Positions 25,101 to 40,012 of a stretch of 64,000 nt of DNA are shown here, piece by piece. Below the pieces are notes generated by a model. The model ran no database searches and was not told the origin of the DNA. It worked only from the letters and a program-made list of their open reading frames with translations. The position numbers and the translations under genes are program-made. The DNA comes from Auanema rhodensis (lineage: Eukaryota > Animalia > Nematoda): the NCBI GenBank assembly GCA_964057225.1, contig OZ059898.1:2108001-2172000 (forward strand), written 5' to 3'. How positions within the stretch are numbered: the first letter of the stretch is position 1; each line of letters starts with the position of its first letter.

Positions 25101-28100
25101 AAATGCACCGAGATATCAACTGATATAAGTTCACACTTATATCCTCGATTTTCACCCTGAAGATTTAATTTTTTCGTTGAATAACATTGTCCATCGTCTT
25201 TGCCTTGAAAAATGGAATCTAAAAACATCTACTTTTTGCTAAATTATTTTGAAATTTTTCGAAAAAATTTTTGTCAAAATGTTTTTGGAAGCAATGTTGA
25301 GTGTACATGGAAACTCAACATACACTAATGCATCATTTTTCAAACGATCATAACTAATTTTTGTATTAAGCGTTTCTCAATGTAGTATAGTGCATTCGAT
25401 GCGGATTTTTAAGCTGCGTCGATCTGTGTTATCAGATTTGCGCTAGCTTAAAAATGCACCGAGATATCAACTGATATAAGTTCACACTTATATCCTCGAT
25501 TTTCACCCTGAAGATTTAATTTTTTCGTTGAATAACATTGTCCATCGTCTTTGCCTTGAAAAATGGAATCTAAAAACATCTACTTTTTGCTAAATTATTT
25601 TGAAATTTTTCGAAAAAATTTTTGTCAAAATGTTTTTGGAAGCAATGTTGAGTGTACATGGAAACTCAACATACACTAATGCATCATTTTTCAAACGATC
25701 ATAACTAATTTTTGTATTAAGCGTTTCTCAATGTAGTATAGTGCATTCGATGCGGATTTTTAAGCTGCGTCGATCTGTGTTATCAGATTTGCGCTAGCTT
25801 AAAAATGCACCGAGATATCAACTGATATAAGTTCACACTTATATCCTCGATTTTCACCCTGAAGATTTAATTTTTTCGTTGAATAACATTGTCCATCGTC
25901 TTTGCCTTGAAAAATGGAATCTAAAAACATCTACTTTTTGCTAAATTATTTTGAAATTTTTCGAAAAAATTTTTGTCAAAATGTTTTTGGAAGCAATGTT
26001 GAGTGTACATGGAAACTCAACATACACTAATGCATCATTTTTCAAACGATCATAACTAATTTTTGTATTAAGCGTTTCTCAATGTAGTATAGTGCATTCG
26101 ATGCGGATTTTTAAGCTGCGTCGATCTGTGTTATCAGATTTGCGCTAGCTTAAAAATGCACCGAGATATCAACAGATATAAGTTCACACTTATATCCTCG
26201 ATTTTCACCCTGAAGATTTAATTTTTTCGTTGAATAACATTGTCCATCGTCTTTGCCTTGAAAAATGGAATCTAAAAACATCTACTTTTTGCTAAATTAT
26301 TTTGAAATTTTTCGAAAAAATTTTTGTCAAAATGTTTTTGGAAGCAATGTTGAGGGTACATGGAAACTCAACATACACTAATGCATCATTTTTCAAACGA
26401 TCATAACTAATTTTTGTATTAAGCGTTTCTCAATGTAGTATAGTGCATTCGATGCGGATTTTTAAGCTGCGTCGATCTGTGTTATCAGATTTGCGCTAGC
26501 TTAAAAATGCACCGAGATATCAACTGATATAAGTTCACACTTATATCCTCGATTTTCACCCTGAAGATTTAATTTTTTCGTTGAATAACATTGTCCATCG
26601 TCTTTGCCTTGAAAAATGGAATCTAAAAACATCTACTTTTTGCTAAATTATTTTGAAATTTTTCGAAAAAATTTTTGTCAAAATGTTTTTGGAAGCAATG
26701 TTGAGTGTACATGGAAACTCAACATACACTAATGCATCATTTTTCAAACGATCATAACTAATTTTTGTATTAAGCGTTTCTCAATGTAGTATAGTGCATT
26801 CGATGCGGATTTTTAAGCTGCGTCGATCTGTGTTATCAGATTTGCGCTAGCTTAAAAATGCACCGAGATATCAACTGATATAAGTTCACACTTATATCCT
26901 CGATTTTCACCCTGAAGATTTAATTTTTTCGTTGAATAACATTGTCCATCGTCTTTGCCTTGAAAAATGGAATCTAAAAACATCTACTTTTTGCTAAATT
27001 ATTTTGAAATTTTTCGAAAAAATTTTTGTCAAAATGTTTTTGGAAGCAATGTTGAGTGTACATGGAAACTCAACATACACTAATGCATCATTTTTCAAAC
27101 GATCATAACTAATTTTTGTATTAAGCGTTTCTCAATGTAGTATAGTGCATTCGATGCGGATTTTTAAGCTGCGTCGATCTGTGTTATCAGATTTGCGCTA
27201 GCTTAAAAATGCACCGAGATATCAACTGATATAAGTTCACACATATATCCTCGATTTTCACCCTGAAGAATTAATTTTTTTGTTGAATAACATTGTCCAT
27301 CGTCTTTGCCTTGAAAAAAGGAATCTAAAAACATCTACTTTTTGCTAAATTATTTTGAAATTTTTCGAAAAAATTTTTGTCAAAATGTTTTTGGAAGCAA
27401 TGTTGAGTGTACATGGAAACTCAACATACACTAATGCATCATTTTTCAAACGATCATAACTAATTTTTGTATTAAGCGTTTCTCAATGTAGTATAGTGCA
27501 TTCGATGCGGATTTTTAAGCTGCGTCGATCTGTGTTATCAGATTTGCGCTAGCTTAAAAATGCACCGAGATATCAACTGATATAAGTTCACACATATATC
27601 CTCGATTTTCACCCTGAAGAATTAATTTTTTTGTTGAATAACATTGTCCATCGTCTTTGCCTTGAAAAAAGGAATCTAAAAACATCTACTTTTTGCTAAA
27701 TTATTTTGAAATTTTTCGAAAAAATTTTTGTCAAAATGTTTTTGGAAGCAATGTTGAGTGTACATGGAAACTCAACATACACTAATGCATCATTTTTCAA
27801 ACGATCATAACTAATTTTTGTATTAAGCGTTTCTCAATGTATTATAGTGCATTCGATGCGGATTTTTAAGCTGCGTCGATCTGTGTTATCAGATTTGCGC
27901 TAGCTTAAAAATGCACCGTGAAATCAACTGATATAAGTTCACACTTATATCCTCGATTTTCACCCTGAAGAATTAATTTTTTCGTTGAATAACATTGTCC
28001 ATCGTCTTTGCCTTGAAAAAAGGAATCTAAAAACATCTACTTTTTGCTAAATTATTTTGAAATTTTTCGAAAAAATTTTTGTCAAAATGTTTTTGGAAGC

Positions 28101-29131
28101 AATGTTGAGTGTACATGGAAACTCAACATACACTAATGCATCATTTTTCAAACGATCATAACTAATTTTTGTATTAAGCGTTTCTCAATGTAGTATAGTG
28201 CATTCGATGCGGATTTTTAAGCTGCGTCGATCTGTGTTATCAGATTTGCGCTAGCTTAAAAATGCACCGAGATATCAACTGATATAAGTTCACACTTATA
28301 TCCTCGATTTTCACCCTGAAGAATTAATTTTTTCGTTGAATAACATTGTCCATCGTTTTTGCCTTGAAAAAAGGAATCTAAAAACATCTACTTTTTGCTA
28401 AATTATTTTGAAATTTTTTGAAAAAATTTTTGTCAAAATGTTTTTGGAAGCAATGTTGAGTGTACATGGAAACTCAACATACACTAATGCATCATTTTTC
28501 AAACGATCATAACTAATTTTTGTATTAAGCGTTTCTCAATGTAGTATAGTGCATTCGATGCGGATTTTTAAGCTGCGTCGATCTGTGTTATCAGATTTGC
28601 GCTAGCTTAAAAATGCACCGAGATATCAACTGATATAAGTTCACACTTATATCCTCGATTTTCACCCTGAAGATTTAATTTTTTCGTTGAATAACATTGT
28701 CCATCGTCTTTGCCTTGAAAAATGGAATCTAAAAACATCTACTTTTTGCTAAATTATTTTGAAATTTTTCGAAAAAATTTTTGTCAAAATGTTTTTGGAA
28801 GCAATGTTGAGTGTACATGGAAACTCAACATACACTAATGCATCATTTTTCAAACGATCATAACTAATTTTTGTATTAAGCGTTTCTCAATGTAGTATAG
28901 TGCATTCGATGCGGATTTTTAAGCTGCGTCGATCTGTGTTATCAGATTTGCGCTAGCTTAAAAATGCACCGAGATATCAACTGATATAAGTTCACACTTA
29001 TATCCTCGATTTTCACCCTGAAGATTTAATTTTTTCGTTGAATAACATTGTCCATCGTCTTTGCCTTGAAAAATGGAATCTAAAAACATCTACTTTTTGC
29101 TAAATTATTTTGAAATTTTTCGAAAAAATTT
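22112..29131. repeat. 10-monomer HOR (3510 bp) x2, followed by a partial third copy at 29132-30535
   Basis: T202A at monomers 22463/25973; T32G at 22814/26324; paired T218A+C256T monomers at 23516-24217/27026-27727; A(G115T) at 24218/27728; C341T at 24569/28079. Confidence 0.88.
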
Positions 29132-31588
29132 TTGTCAAAATGTTTTTGGAAGCAATGTTGAGTGTACATGGAAACTCAACATACACTAATGCATCATTTT
29201 TCAAACGATCATAACTAATTTTTGTATTAAGCGTTTCTCAATGTAGTATAGTGCATTCGATGCGGATTTTTAAGCTGCGTCGATCTGTGTTATCAGATTT
29301 GCGCTAGCTTAAAAATGCACCGAGATATCAACTGATATAAGTTCACACATATATCCTCGATTTTCACCCTGAAGAATTAATTTTTTTGTTGAATAACATT
29401 GTCCATCGTCTTTGCCTTGAAAAAAGGAATCTAAAAACATCTACTTTTTGCTAAATTATTTTGAAATTTTTCGAAAAAATTTTTGTCAAAATGTTTTTGG
29501 AAGCAATGTTGAGTGTACATGGAAACTCAACATACACTAATGCATCATTTTTCAAACGATCATAACTAATTTTTGTATTAAGCGTTTCTCAATGTAGTAT
29601 AGTGCATTCGATGCGGATTTTTAAGCTGCGTCGATCTGTGTTATCAGATTTGCGCTAGCTTAAAAATGCACCGAGATATCAACTGATATAAGTTCACACA
29701 TATATCCTCGATTTTCACCCTGAAGAATTAATTTTTTTGTTGAATAACATTGTCCATCGTCTTTGCCTTGAAAAAAGGAATCTAAAAACATCTACTTTTT
29801 GCTAAATTATTTTGAAATTTTTCGAAAAAATTTTTGTCAAAATGTTTTTGGAAGCAATGTTGAGTGTACATGGAAACTCAACATACACTAATGCATCATT
29901 TTTCAAACGATCATAACTAATTTTTGTATTAAGCGTTTCTCAATGTATTATAGTGCATTCGATGCGGATTTTTAAGCTGCGTCGATCTGTGTTATCAGAT
30001 TTGCGCTAGCTTAAAAATGCACCGTGAAATCAACTGATATAAGTTCACACTTATATCCTCGATTTTCACCCTGAAGAATTAATTTTTTCGTTGAATAACA
30101 TTGTCCATCGTCTTTGCCTTGAAAAAAGGAATCTAAAAACATCTACTTTTTGCTAAATTATTTTGAAATTTTTCGAAAAAATTTTTGTCAAAATGTTTTT
30201 GGAAGCAATGTTGAGTGTACATGGAAACTCAACATACACTAATGCATCATTTTTCAAACGATCATAACTAATTTTTGTATTAAGCGTTTCTCAATGTAGT
30301 ATAGTGCATTCGATGCGGATTTTTAAGCTGCGTCGATCTGTGTTATCAGATTTGCGCTAGCTTAAAAATGCACCGAGATATCAACTGATATAAGTTCACA
30401 CTTATATCCTCGATTTTCACCCTGAAGAATTAATTTTTTCGTTGAATAACATTGTCCATCGTTTTTGCCTTGAAAAAAGGAATCTAAAAACATCTACTTT
30501 TTGCTAAATTATTTTGAAATTTTTTGAAAAAATTTTTGTCAAAATGTTTTTGGAAGCAATGTTGAGTGTACATGGAAACTCAACATACACTAATGCATCA
30601 TTTTTCAAACGATCATAACTAATTTTTGTATTAAGCGTTTCTCAATGTAGTATAGTGCATTCGATGCGGATTTTTAAGCTGCGTCGATCTGTGTTATCAG
30701 ATTTGCGCTAGCTTAAAAATGCACCGAGATATCAACTGATATAAGTTCACACTTATATCCTCGATTTTCACCCTGAAGAATTAATTTTTTCGTTGAATAA
30801 CATTGTCCATCGTTTTTGCCTTGAAAAAAGGAATCTAAAAACATCTACTTTTTGCTAAATTATTTTGAAATTTTTCGAAAAAATTTTTGTCAAAATGTTT
30901 TTGGAAGCAATGTTGAGTGTACATGGAAACTCAACATACACTAATGCATCATTTTTCAAACGATCATAACTAATTTTTGTATTAAGCGTTTCTCAATGTA
31001 GTATAGTGCATTCGATGCGGATTTTTAAGCTGCGTCGATCTGTGTTATCAGATTTGCGCTAGCTTAAAAATGCACCGAGATATCAACTGATATAAGTTCA
31101 CACTTATATCCTCGATTTTCACCCTGAAGATTTAATTTTTTCGTTGAATAACATTGTCCATCGTCTTTGCCTTGAAAAATGGAATCTAAAAACATCTACT
31201 TTTTGCTAAATTATTCTGAAATTTTTCGAAAAAATTTTTGTCAAAATGTTTTTGGAAGCAATGTTGAGTGTACATGGAAACTCAACATACACTAATGCAT
31301 CATTTTTCAAACGATCATAACTAATTTTTGTATTAAGCGTTTCTCAATGTAGTATAGTGCATTCGATGCGGATTTTTAAGCTGCGTCGATCTGTGTTATC
31401 AGATTTGCGCTAGCTTAAAAATGCACCGAGATATCAACTGATATAAGTTCACACTTATATCCTCGATTTTGACCCTGAAGAATTAATTTTTTCGTTGAAT
31501 AACATTGTCCATCGTCTTTGCCTTGAAAAAAGGAATCTAAAAACATCTACTTTTTGCTAAATTATTTTGAAATTTTTCGAAAAAATTT

Positions 31589-34396
31589 TTGTCAAAATGT
31601 TTTTGGAAGCAATGTTGAGTGTACATGGAAACTCAACATACACTAATGCATCATTTTTCAAACGATCATAACTAATTTTTGTATTAAGCGTTTCTCAATG
31701 TAGTATAGTGCATTCGATGCGGATTTTTAAGCTGCGTCGATCTGTGTTATCAGATTTGCGCTAGCTTAAAAATGCACCGAGATATCAACTGATATAAGTT
31801 CACACTTATATCCTCGATTTTCACCCTGAAGATTTAATTTTTTCGTTGAATAACATTGTCCATCGTCTTTGCCTTGAAAAATGGAATCTAAAAACATCTA
31901 CTTTTTGCTAAATTATTTTGAAATTTTTCGAAAAAATTTTTGTCAAAATGTTTTTGGAAGCAATGTTGAGTGTACATGGAAACTCAACATACACTAATGC
32001 ATCATTTTTCAAACGATCATAACTAATTTTTGTATTAAGCGTTTCTCAATGTAGTATAGTGCATTCGATGCGGATTTTTAAGCTGCGTCGATCTGTGTTA
32101 TCAGATTTGCGCTAGCTTAAAAATGCACCGAGATATCAACTGATATAAGTTCACACTTATATCCTCGATTTTCACCCTGAAGATTTAATTTTTTCGTTGA
32201 ATAACATTGTCCATCGTCTTTGCCTTGAAAAATGGAATCTAAAAACATCTACTTTTTGCTAAATTATTTTGAAATTTTTCGAAAAAATTTTTGTCAAAAT
32301 GTTTTTGGAAGCAATGTTGAGTGTACATGGAAACTCAACATACACTAATGCATCATTTTTCAAACGATCATAACTAATTTTTGTATTAAGCGTTTCTCAA
32401 TGTAGTATAGTGCATTCGATGCGGATTTTTAAGCTGCGTCGATCTGTGTTATCAGATTTGCGCTAGCTTAAAAATGCACCGAGATATCAACTGATATAAG
32501 TTCACACTTATATCCTCGATTTTCACCCTGAAGATTTAATTTTTTCGTTGAATAACATTGTCCATCGTCTTTGCCTTGAAAAATGGAATCTAAAAACATC
32601 TACTTTTTGCTAAATTATTTTGAAATTTTTCGAAAAAATTTTTGTCAAAATGTTTTTGGAAGCAATGTTGAGTGTACATGGAAACTCAACATACACTAAT
32701 GCATCATTTTTCAAACGATCATAACTAATTTTTGTATTAAGCGTTTCTCAATGTAGTATAGTGCATTCGATGCGGATTTTTAAGCTGCGTCGATCTGTGT
32801 TATCAGATTTGCGCTAGCTTAAAAATGCACCGAGATATCAACTGATATAAGTTCACACTTATATCCTCGATTTTCACCCTGAAGATTTAATTTTTTCGTT
32901 GAATAACATTGTCCATCGTTTTTGCCTTGAAAAAAGGAATCTAAAAACATCTACTTTTTGCTAAATTATTTTGAAATTTTTCGAAAAAATTTTTGTCAAA
33001 ATGTTTTTGGAAGCAATGTTGAGTGTACATGGAAACTCAACATACACTAATGCATCATTTTTCAAACGATCATAACTAATTTTTGTATTAAGCGTTTCTC
33101 AATGTAGTATAGTGCATTCGATGCGGATTTTTAAGCTGCGTCGATCTGTGTTATCAGATTTGCGCTAGCTTAAAAATGCACCGAGATATCAACTGATATA
33201 AGTTCACACTTATATCCTCGATTTTCACCCTGAAGATTTAATTTTTTCGTTGAATAACATTGTCCATCGTCTTTGCCTTGAAAAATGGAATCTAAAAACA
33301 TCTACTTTTTGCTAAATTATTTTGAAATTTTTCGAAAAAATTTTTGTCAAAATGTTTTTGGAAGCAATGTTGAGTGTACATGGAAACTCAACATACACTA
33401 ATGCATCATTTTTCAAACGATCATAACTAATTTTTGTATTAAGCGTTTCTCAATGTAGTATAGTGCATTCGATGCGGATTTTTAAGCTGCGTCGATCTGT
33501 GTTATCAGATTTGCGCTAGCTTAAAAATGCACCGAGATATCAACTGATATAAGTTCACACTTATATCCTCGATTTTCACCCTGAAGATTTAATTTTTTCG
33601 TTGAATAACATTGTCCATCGTCTTTGCCTTGAAAAATGGAATCTAAAAACATCTACTTTTTGCTAAATTATTTTGAAATTTTTCGAAAAAATTTTTGTCA
33701 AAATGTTTTTGGAAGCAATGTTGAGTGTACATGGAAACTCAACATACACTAATGCATCATTTTTCAAACGATCATAACTAATTTTTGTATTAAGCGTTTC
33801 TCAATGTAGTATAGTGCATTCGATGCGGATTTTTAAGCTGCGTCGATCTGTGTTATCAGATTTGCGCTAGCTTAAAAATGCACCGAGATATCAACTGATA
33901 TAAGTTCACACTTATATCCTCGATTTTCACCCTGAAGATTTAATTTTTTCGTTGAATAACATTGTCCATCGTCTTTGCCTTGAAAAATGGAATCTAAAAA
34001 CATCTACTTTTTGCTAAATTATTTTGAAATTTTTCGAAAAAATTTTTGTCAAAATGTTTTTGGAAGCAATGTTGAGTGTACATGGAAACTCAACATACAC
34101 TAATGCATCATTTTTCAAACGATCATAACTAATTTTTGTATTAAGCGTTTCTCAATGTAGTATAGTGCATTCGATGCGGATTTTTAAGCTGCGTCGATCT
34201 GTGTTATCAGATTTGCGCTAGCTTAAAAATGCACCGAGATATCAACTGATATAAGTTCACACTTATATCCTCGATTTTCACCCTGAAGATTTAATTTTTT
34301 CGTTGAATAACATTGTCCATCGTTTTTGCCTTGAAAAAAGGAATCTAAAAACATCTACTTTTTGCTAAATTATTTTGAAATTTTTCGAAAAAATTT
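31589..34396. repeat. Tetrameric HOR (B-B-B-B/D hybrid) x2, period 1404 bp
   Basis: A hybrid monomer with T245 plus T279 and A294 occurs at 32642 and 34046, each preceded by three B monomers. Confidence 0.75.
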
Positions 34397-35098
34397 TTGT
34401 CAAAATGTTTTTGGAAGCAATGTTGAGTGTACATGGAAACTCAACATACACTAATGCATCATTTTTCAAACGATCATAACTAATTTTTGTATTAAGCGTT
34501 TCTCAATGTAGTATAGTGCATTCGATGCGGATTTTTAAGCTGCGTCGATCTGTGTTATCAGTTTTGCGCTAGCTTAAAAATGCACCGAGATATCAACTGA
34601 TATAAGTTCACACTTATATCCTCGATTTTCACCCTGAAGATTTAATTTTTTCGTTGAATAACATTGTCCATCGTCTTTGCCTTGAAAAATGGAATCTAAA
34701 AACATCTACTTTTTGCTAAATTATTTTGAAATTTTTCGAAAAAATTTTTGTCAAAATGTTTTTGGAAGCAATGTTGAGTGTACATGGAAACTCAACATAC
34801 ACTAATGCATCATTTTTCAAACGATCATAACTAATTTTTGTATTAAGCGTTTCTCAATGTAGTATAGTGCATTCGATGCGGATTTTTAAGCTGCGTCGAT
34901 CTGTGTTATCAGATTTGCGCTAGCTTAAAAATGCACCGAGATATCAACTGATATAAGTTCACACTTATATCCTCGATTTTGACCCTGAAGAATTAATTTT
35001 TTCGTTGAATAACATTGTCCATCGTCTTCGCCTTGAAAAAAGGAATCTAAAAACATCTACTTTTTGCTAAATTATTTTGAAATTTTTCGAAAAAATTT

Positions 35099-38000
35099 TT
35101 GTCAAAATGTTTTTGGAAGCAATGTTGAGTGTACATGGAAACTCAACATACACTAATGCATCATTTTTCAAACGATCATAACTAATTTTTGTATTAAGCG
35201 TTTCTCAATGTAGTATAGTGCATTCGATGCGGATTTTTAAGCTGCGTCGATCTGTGTTATCAGATTTGCGCTAGCTTAAAAATGCACCGAGATATCAACT
35301 GATATAAGTTCACACTTATATCCTCGATTTTGACCCTGAAGAATTAATTTTTTCGTTGAATAACATTGTCCATCGTCTTCGCCTTGAAAAAAGGAATCTA
35401 AAAACATCTACTTTTTGCTAAATTATTTTGAAATTTTTCGAAAAAATTTTTGTCAAAATGTTTTTGGAAGCAATGTTGAGTGTACATGGAAACTCAACAT
35501 ACACTAATGCATCATTTTTCAAACGATCATGACTAATTTTTGTATTAAGCGTTTCTCAATGTAGTATAGTGCATTCGATGCGGATTTTTAAGCTGCGTCG
35601 ATCTGTGTTATCAGATTTGCGCTAGCTTAAAAATGCACCGAGATATCAACTGATATAAGTTCACACTTATATCCTCGATTTTCACCCTGAAGATTTAATT
35701 TTTTCGTTTAATAACATTGTCCATCGTCTTTGCCTTGAAAAATGGAATCTAAAAACATCTACTTTTTGCTAAATTATTTTGAAATTTTTCGAAAAAATTT
35801 TTGTCAAAATGTTTTTGGAAGCAATGTTGAGTGTACATGGAAACTCAACATACACTAATGCATCATTTTTCAAACGATCATAACTAATTTTTGTATTAAG
35901 CGTTTCTCAATGTAGTATAGTGCATTCGATGCGGATTTTTAAGCTGCGTCGATCTGTGTTATCAGATTTGCGCTAGCTTAAAAATGCACCGAGATATCAA
36001 CTGATATAAGTTTACACTTATATCCTCGATTTTGACCCTGAAGAATTAATTTTTTCGTTGAATAACATTGTCCATCGTCTTCGCCTTGAAAAAAGGAATC
36101 TAAAAACATCTACTTTTTGCTAAATTATTTTGAAATTTTTCGAAAAAATTTTTGTCAAAATGTTTTTGGAAGCAATGTTGAGTGTACATGGAAACTCAAC
36201 ATACACTAATGCATCATTTTTCAAACGATCATAACTAATTTTTGTATTAAGCGTTTCTCAATGTAGTATAGTGCATTCGATGCGGATTTTTAAGCTGCGT
36301 CGATCTGTGTTATCAGATTTGCGCTAGCTTAAAAATGCACCGAGATATCAACTGATATAAGTTCACACTTATATCCTCGATTTTCACCCTGAAGATTTAA
36401 TTTTTTCGTTGAATAACATTGTCCATCGTCTTTGCCTTGAAAAATGGAATCTAAAAACATCTACTTTTTGCTAAATTATTTTGAAATTTTTCGAAAAAAT
36501 TTTTGTCAAAATGTTTTTGGAAGCAATGTTGAGTGTACATGGAAACTCAACATACACTAATGCATCATTTTTCAAACGATCATAACTAATTTTTGTATTA
36601 AGCGTTTCTCAATGTAGTATAGTGCATTCAATGCGGATTTTTAAGCTGCGTCGATCTGTGTTATCAGATTTGCGCTAGCTTAAAAATGCACCGAGATATC
36701 AACTGATATAAGTTCACACTTATATCCTCGATTTTCACCCTGAAGAATTAATTTTTTCGTTGAATAACATTGTCCATCGTCTTTGCCTTAAAAAAAGGAA
36801 TCTAAAAACATCTACTTTTTGCTAAATTATTTTGAAATTTTTCGAAAAAATTTTTGTCAAAATGTTTTTGGAAGCAATGTTGAGTGTACATGGAAACTCA
36901 ACATACACTAATGCATCATTTTTCAAACGATCATAACTAATTTTTGTATTAAGCGTTTCTCAATGTAGTATAGTGCATTCGATGCGGATTTTTAAGCTGC
37001 GTCGATCTGTGTTATCAGATTTGCGCTAGCTTAAAAATGCACCGAGATATCAACTGATATAAGTTCACACTTATATCCTCGATTTTCACCCTGAAGATTT
37101 AATTTTTTCGTTGAATAACATTGTCCATCGTCTTTGCCTTGAAAAATGGAATCTAAAAACATCTACTTTTTGCTAAATTATTTTGAAATTTTTCGAAAAA
37201 ATTTTTGTCAAAATGTTTTTGGAAGCAATGTTGAGTGTACATGGAAACTCAACATACACTAATGCATCATTTTTCAAACGATCATAACTAATTTTTGTAT
37301 TAAGCGTTTCTCAATGTAGTATAGTGCATTCGATGCGGATTTTTAAGCTGCGTCGATCTGTGTTATCAGATTTGCGCTAGCTTAAAAATGCACCGAGATA
37401 TCAACTGATATAAGTTCACACTTATATCCTCGATTTTGACCCTGAAGAATTAATTTTTTCGTTGAATAACATTGTCCATCGTCTTCGCCTTGAAAAAAGG
37501 AATCTAAAAACATCTACTTTTTGCTAAATTATTTTGAAATTTTTCGAAAAAATTTTTGTCAAAATGTTTTTGGAAGCAATGTTGAGTGTACATGGAAACT
37601 CAACATACACTAATGCATCATTTTTCAAACGATCATGACTAATTTTTGTATTAAGCGTTTCTCAATGTAGTATAGTGCATTCGATGCGGATTTTTAAGCT
37701 GCGTCGATCTGTGTTATCAGATTTGCGCTAGCTTAAAAATGCACCGAGATATCAACTGATATAAGTTCACACTTATATCCTCGATTTTCACCCTGAAGAT
37801 TTAATTTTTTCGTTTAATAACATTGTCCATCGTCTTTGCCTTGAAAAATGGAATCTAAAAACATCTACTTTTTGCTAAATTATTTTGAAATTTTTCGAAA
37901 AAATTTTTGTCAAAATGTTTTTGGAAGCAATGTTGAGTGTACATGGAAACTCAACATACACTAATGCATCATTTTTCAAACGATCATAACTAATTTTTGT

Positions 38001-38959
38001 ATTAAGCGTTTCTTAATGTAGTATAGTGCATTCGATGCGGATTTTTAAGCTGCGTCGATCTGTGTTATCAGATTTGCGCTAGCTTAAAAATGCACCGAGA
38101 TATCAACTGATATAAGTTTACACTTATATCCTCGATTTTGACCCTGAAGAATTAATTTTTTCGTTGAATAACATTGTCCATCGTCTTCGCCTTGAAAAAA
38201 GGAATCTAAAAACATCTACTTTTTGCTAAATTATTTTGAAATTTTTCGAAAAAATTTTTGTCAAAATGTTTTTGGAAGCAATGTTGAGTGTACATGGAAA
38301 CTCAACATACACTAATGCATCATTTTTCAAACGATCATAACTAATTTTTGTATTAAGCGTTTCTCAATGTAGTATAGTGCATTCGATGCGGATTTTTAAG
38401 CTGCGTCGATCTGTGTTATCAGATTTGCGCTAGCTTAAAAATGCACCGAGATATCAACTGATATAAGTTCACACTTATATCCTCGATTTTCACCCTGAAG
38501 ATTTAATTTTTTCGTTGAATAACATTGTCCATCGTCTTTGCCTTGAAAAATGGAATCTAAAAACATCTACTTTTTGCTAAATTATTTTGAAATTTTTCGA
38601 AAAAATTTTTGTCAAAATGTTTTTGGAAGCAATGTTGAGTGTACATGGAAACTCAACATACACTAATGCATCATTTTTCAAACGATCATAACTAATTTTT
38701 GTATTAAGCGTTTCTCAATGTAGTATAGTGCATTCAATGCGGATTTTTAAGCTGCGTCGATCTGTGTTATCAGATTTGCGCTAGCTTAAAAATGCACCGA
38801 GATATCAACTGATATAAGTTCACACTTATATCCTCGATTTTCACCCTGAAGAATTAATTTTTTCGTTGAATAACATTGTCCATCGTCTTTGCCTTAAAAA
38901 AAGGAATCTAAAAACATCTACTTTTTGCTAAATTATTTTGAAATTTTTCGAAAAAATTT
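35099..38959. repeat. Hexameric HOR, period 2106 bp, about 1.8 copies
   Basis: A82G+G260T at monomers 35450/37556; C213T at 35801/37907; G128A+G288A at 36503/38609. Confidence 0.87.
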
Positions 38960-40012
38960 TTGTCAAAATGTTTTTGGAAGCAATGTTGAGTGTACATGGA
39001 AACTCAACATACACTAATGCATCATTTTTCAAACGATCATAACTAATTTTTGTATTAAGCGTTTCTCAATGTAGTATAGTGCATTCGATGCGGATTTTCA
39101 AGCTGCGTCGATCTGTGTTATCAGATTTGCGCTAGCTTAAAAATGCACCGAGATATCAACTGATATAAGTTCACACTTATATCCTCGATTTTCACCCTGA
39201 AGATTTAATTTTTTCGTTGAATAACATTGTCCATCATCTTTGCCTTGAAAAATGGAATCTAAAAACATCTACTTTTTGCTAAATTATTTTGAAATTTTTC
39301 GAAAAAATTTTTGTCAAAATGTTTTTGGAAGCAATGTTGTGTGTACATGGAAACTCAACATACACTAATGCATCATTTTTCAAACGATCATAACTAATTT
39401 TTGTATTAAGCGTTTCTCAATGTAGTATAGTGCATTCGATGCGGATTTTTAAGCTGCGTCGATCTGTGTTATCAGATTTGCGCTAGCTTAAAAATGCACC
39501 GAGATATCAACTGATATAAGTTCACACTTATATCCTCGATTTTGACCCTGAAGAATTAATTTTTTCGTTGAATAACATTGTCCATCGTCTTCGCCTTAAA
39601 AAAAGGAATCTAAAAACATCTACTTTTTGCTAAATTATTTTGAAATTTTTCGAAAAAATTTTTGTCAAAATGTTTTTGGAAGCAATGTTGAGTGTACATG
39701 GAAACTCAACATACACTAATGCATCATTTTTCAAACGATCATAACTAATTTTTGTATTAAGCGTTTCTCAATGTAGTATAGTGCATTCGATGCGGATTTT
39801 TAAGCTGCGTCGATCTGTGTTATCAGATTTGCGCTAGCTTAAAAATACACCGAGATATCAACTGATATAAGTTCACACTTATATCCTCGATTTTCACCCT
39901 GAAGAATTAATTTTTTCGTTGAATAACATTGTCCATCGTCTTTGCCTTGAAAAAAGGAATCTAAAAACATCTACTTTTTGCTAAATTATTTTGAAATTTT
40001 TCGAAAAAATTT

